From: an uncultured Gemmatimonadales bacterium
GTDB lineage: Bacteria > Gemmatimonadota > Gemmatimonadetes > Longimicrobiales > RSA9
Length of the DNA: 64,000 nucleotides
NCBI GenBank assembly: GCA_963816355.1
Contig: CAWFKH010000006.1
Coordinates: forward strand, 160,001 to 224,000
Direction: 5' to 3'
The position numbers and the translations under genes were made by a program. Shown in pieces: positions 61,390-64,000 of the stretch. The notes beneath the pieces are model-generated. The model was not told the DNA's origin. It ran no database searches and saw only the letters and a program-made list of their open reading frames with translations. Positions within the stretch are counted from its first letter, which is position 1, and every line of letters starts with the position of its first letter.

Positions 61390-61794
61390 TCAGAGCACGC
61401 GCGCGATCCGGATCAGCCACGAGAGCACCGCCATCACGATCGGCAGCAGCGTCAGGCCGACCGAGAAGATCAACCCCTGCCGGAACAGCAGCGGCCCCAC
61501 CTCCGGCGCCGCGCGGCCCCACAGCCGCGTCGCCGACAACTCCAGCAGCCAGCCGGAGCTGTAGCAGAGGTTCGCGAGCAGCGCATACGCCACCACCGGC
61601 ATCCACAGCCCCGCGAAATGCGCGGGGCGTGGCGGCAGCAGCCCGAAGAAGACCACCATCCCCAGCGAGAACACCCCCGTCGCACCCACCACCGCGTTGT
61701 AGAGCAGCCGCCTCGATTCCCACCACACGAGCAGTGACAGCGGCGTGCGACGGTAGTCGGGCAGCGGGTAGAGGATCTCGGTCAAGGACGTCAC
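61390..61794 (-). CDS. Hypothetical membrane protein (134 aa)
   Basis: GGAGG RBS with GTG start. WWESRRLLYN and ANLCYSSGW..E motifs; 3 TM helices. Confidence 0.8.
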   Translation of the reverse strand: MTSLTEILYPLPDYRRTPLSLLVWWESRRLLYNAVVGATGVFSLGMVVFFGLLPPRPAHFAGLWMPVVAYALLANLCYSSGWLLELSATRLWGRAAPEVGPLLFRQGLIFSVGLTLLPIVMAVLSWLIRIARVL

Positions 61795-61894
61795 GAACGC
61801 CTCCAGGGTTCACAGTCCCATGTACTTTGCCGCGCAAAGCTACGGCGCGCAAGACCCGCTCGTCACCCGCGCCGCGACCCGCATCATCGCAATC

Positions 61895-62803
61895 TCAGCC
61901 CTTGACGCCGCCGGCGGTGAGGCCTTCGACGATGCGGCGCTGCAGCGCGAGGACGAGCAGGCCGATCGGCAGCGTCGCGACGACGGCGGCGGCGAGGACG
62001 TCGCCCCACGGGAGCTGGTAGTGGCCGCGGAAGAGGGCGATGGCGACGGGGACGGTGTAGCGCTCGGGGCCGAGGGTGAAGGAGAGGGCGAAAAGGAACT
62101 CGTTCCAGCAGTAGAGGAAGGTGAGGATGGCGGTGGTGGCGAGGGCGGGCAGGGCGAGGGGGGCGACGACGTGGCGGAAGGCGCGGAGGCGGGAGGCGCC
62201 GTCGACGCGGGCGGCGTCTTCGAGGTCGGTCGGGATCTGGCGGAAGAAGCCGACGAGGAGCCACACGGCGAGGGGTGTGGCGAAGGTGAGGTAGGGGAGG
62301 ACGAGGCCGGGGTAGGTGTCGATGAGGCCGAGGGAGCGCAGGAGGAGGTAGAGCGGCGGCACGATGGAGATCTGCGGGAACATCGCGACGGCGAGGATGA
62401 AGGCTAGGATCGGCGCCTTGCCGCGGAATCGGAGGCGTGCGATCGCGTAGGCGGCGAAAGCGCCGAGGAGCACGGCGAGGATCGTGGTGGCGCCGGCGAC
62501 GACGACGGAGTTGCGGAGCGGCACGAGGAAGTCGCGCTGTTCGAAGAGGGTGCGGTAGTGCTGCAGCCCGACGTGGGCGGGAATCAGCGACGGGTGGCTG
62601 AAGAGGGCGCTCTCGGGCGCCAGTGAGGAGACGGCGGCCCAGTAGATCGGGAAGGCGAACGCGGCGAGGAGGAGGGCGAAGGCTACGCGGGCGGTGTAGC
62701 GGAAGGCGACGTCGCCGGCGCGGGGTCGTGCGGCCACGCGGCCCTCGCCGCGCGGCGAGGGCTCGGGGGCGGCGGATGCGGCGGGCGTCGTCGTCGCTCT
62801 CAC
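61895..62803 (-). CDS. Carbohydrate ABC transporter permease (MalG/SugB-like)
   Basis: EAA loop LEDAARVDGAS and WNEFLFA; GTGA-coupled. Confidence 0.93.
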   Translation of the reverse strand: MRATTTPAASAAPEPSPRGEGRVAARPRAGDVAFRYTARVAFALLLAAFAFPIYWAAVSSLAPESALFSHPSLIPAHVGLQHYRTLFEQRDFLVPLRNSVVVAGATTILAVLLGAFAAYAIARLRFRGKAPILAFILAVAMFPQISIVPPLYLLLRSLGLIDTYPGLVLPYLTFATPLAVWLLVGFFRQIPTDLEDAARVDGASRLRAFRHVVAPLALPALATTAILTFLYCWNEFLFALSFTLGPERYTVPVAIALFRGHYQLPWGDVLAAAVVATLPIGLLVLALQRRIVEGLTAGGVKG

Positions 62804-63708
62804 GGCGCATCCTCCGGCGCGGTGAGGCCGCCGCCGAGCGCGCGCACGTAGAGCAGCGCGAGGGCGAAGGCGAGGAGGAAGACGAGCATGGAGAGGGCGG
62901 AGCCGTAGCCGAAGCGGAGGTCCTGGAGCAGCGCCTGAAAGGTGTAGAGGGCGACGGGCTCGGTGGCGGTGCCGGGCCCGCCGCCGGTGAGCACGTAGAC
63001 GAGGTCGAAGACGCGGAACGCGTCGAGGGTGCGGAAGAGCAGGGCGACGAGGATCGCCGGGCGGAGCAGGGGCAGCGTGATGCGGGTGAGGCGCTGGACA
63101 CGTGAGGCGCCGTCGATGCGTGCGGCCTCGTGCAGGCGCGGGTCGATCGCCTGCAGTCCGGCGAGGAGGATCAGCGCGACGAAGGGCGTGGTCTTCCAGA
63201 CGTCGGCGAGGATGATGGGCACCCAGGCGCCGCGGGGGTCGACGAGCCACGCCAGCGGCCGCGCCAGCACGCCGGTGGAGACGAGGGCCGCGTTGGCGAT
63301 CGCGCCGTCGCCGTCGAACATGAAGCGCCACACGAGCGCGGACACGACGGTGGGGACGGCCCACGGCAGGAGCACGGCGGCGCGCACGGCGCCGCGGCCG
63401 CGGAAGGCGCGGTGGAGCGCGAGGGCGAAGAGCAGGCCGAGGAGCAGCTCGAGTGCGACCGACGTGGCGGCAAAGAAGGCGGTGTGGCCGAGGGCGCTCC
63501 ACAGGCGCGGCTCGGAGAGCGCCTCGCGGTAGTTGGCGAGGCCGATGAAGGGGCGGCCGCGCCACGGCATGCGCAGGTCGTGCAGGTGGAGCGACTCCCA
63601 CGCGGTCCAGAGGAGGGGGAAGATCGCGACGACGACGATGACGACGAGCGCCGGCGCCACCAGCGAGCGGGCGAGCCTCGCCTCGCGCCGCGCCGCGGGC
63701 GACCTCAC
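62800..63708 (-). CDS. Carbohydrate ABC transporter permease (MalF/SugA-like)
   Basis: FIGLANY, LLPWAVP, ADVWKTTPF, EAARIDGA and GGGPG. Confidence 0.93.
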   Translation of the reverse strand: MRSPAARREARLARSLVAPALVVIVVVAIFPLLWTAWESLHLHDLRMPWRGRPFIGLANYREALSEPRLWSALGHTAFFAATSVALELLLGLLFALALHRAFRGRGAVRAAVLLPWAVPTVVSALVWRFMFDGDGAIANAALVSTGVLARPLAWLVDPRGAWVPIILADVWKTTPFVALILLAGLQAIDPRLHEAARIDGASRVQRLTRITLPLLRPAILVALLFRTLDAFRVFDLVYVLTGGGPGTATEPVALYTFQALLQDLRFGYGSALSMLVFLLAFALALLYVRALGGGLTAPEDAP

Positions 63709-64000
63709 CGGGTCTCCTCCGGCGCGGCCGGCTCGCCGCTCCCCGCGGCCGGCGCGACGTTCGGCGTGGACGAGCGTGCCGCCGCCCCTGGTGCGAGGCC
63801 GACGCGACGCAGCAGCGAGCGCATCTCTCGCGCCGCGGCGTGAAGCGCGGCGGCCGGCTCGACCTGGCGCGTGAGGGCGCGGTGCAGCCACACCTGCAGG
63901 ATCTCCGACAGCTCGGTGTAGACGGGCGTGACGGGGCGGGGCACGGCGCGGCGGATGATCTCCAGGGCCTGGTGCGCCGGCATAGGCAGGGCGCGGGAGA
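63705..64000 (-). CDS. Sugar ABC substrate-binding protein, C-terminal fragment (5' outside window)
   Basis: AVPRPVTPVYTELSEILQ, typical of trehalose/maltose-type SBPs. Coupled to the permeases. Confidence 0.8.
   Translation of the reverse strand, partial: SRALPMPAHQALEIIRRAVPRPVTPVYTELSEILQVWLHRALTRQVEPAAALHAAAREMRSLLRRVGLAPGAAARSSTPNVAPAAGSGEPAAPEETR

Overview
This is a very GC-rich (about 73% by eye) bacterial chromosomal window. The gene repertoire suggests Gemmatimonadota, which is an inference. From left to right it holds: a partial mprF; a Zn-ribbon microprotein; a frameshifted DUF5916/CBM9-like gene; REP-like repeats; an MFS transporter; and a quinone oxidoreductase. Next is a translationally coupled minus-strand operon (mocA-like, xdhC, stand-alone XdhC-N, Glu/Leu/Phe/Val dehydrogenase, BNR propeller, thiI with rhodanese), divergent from a 4-hydroxybenzoyl-CoA-reductase-like (HcrC/HcrA) molybdoenzyme whose HcrB-like FAD/4Fe-4S subunit lies 3.5 kb downstream. 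Between the two operons is a GEMM-I (c-di-GMP-I class) riboswitch, not represented in the ORF track. It has A at the G20-equivalent position, the 3',3'-cGAMP-type signature, and sits in front of a 62-aa membrane microprotein. A 1-kb non-coding stretch (18.5-19.55 kb) contains G4-like repeats, a strong sigma70-type promoter driving a probable structured sRNA, a 29-bp palindrome and a phased DnaA-box cluster. The right half carries ispG, a 17-kb glgE-treS/mak-malQ-glgB-treZ-GH57-treY alpha-glucan/trehalose operon, a convergent kaiB-kaiC-PAS/GAF histidine kinase operon without kaiA, an ECF sigma/anti-sigma/HEAT module, a peptide-binding lipoprotein, two phosphoesterases, a cytochrome c and a sugar ABC transporter. 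Three single-base indels (one in the DUF5916 gene, two in glgB) are probably assembly errors. All family calls come from motif recognition, not database searches.
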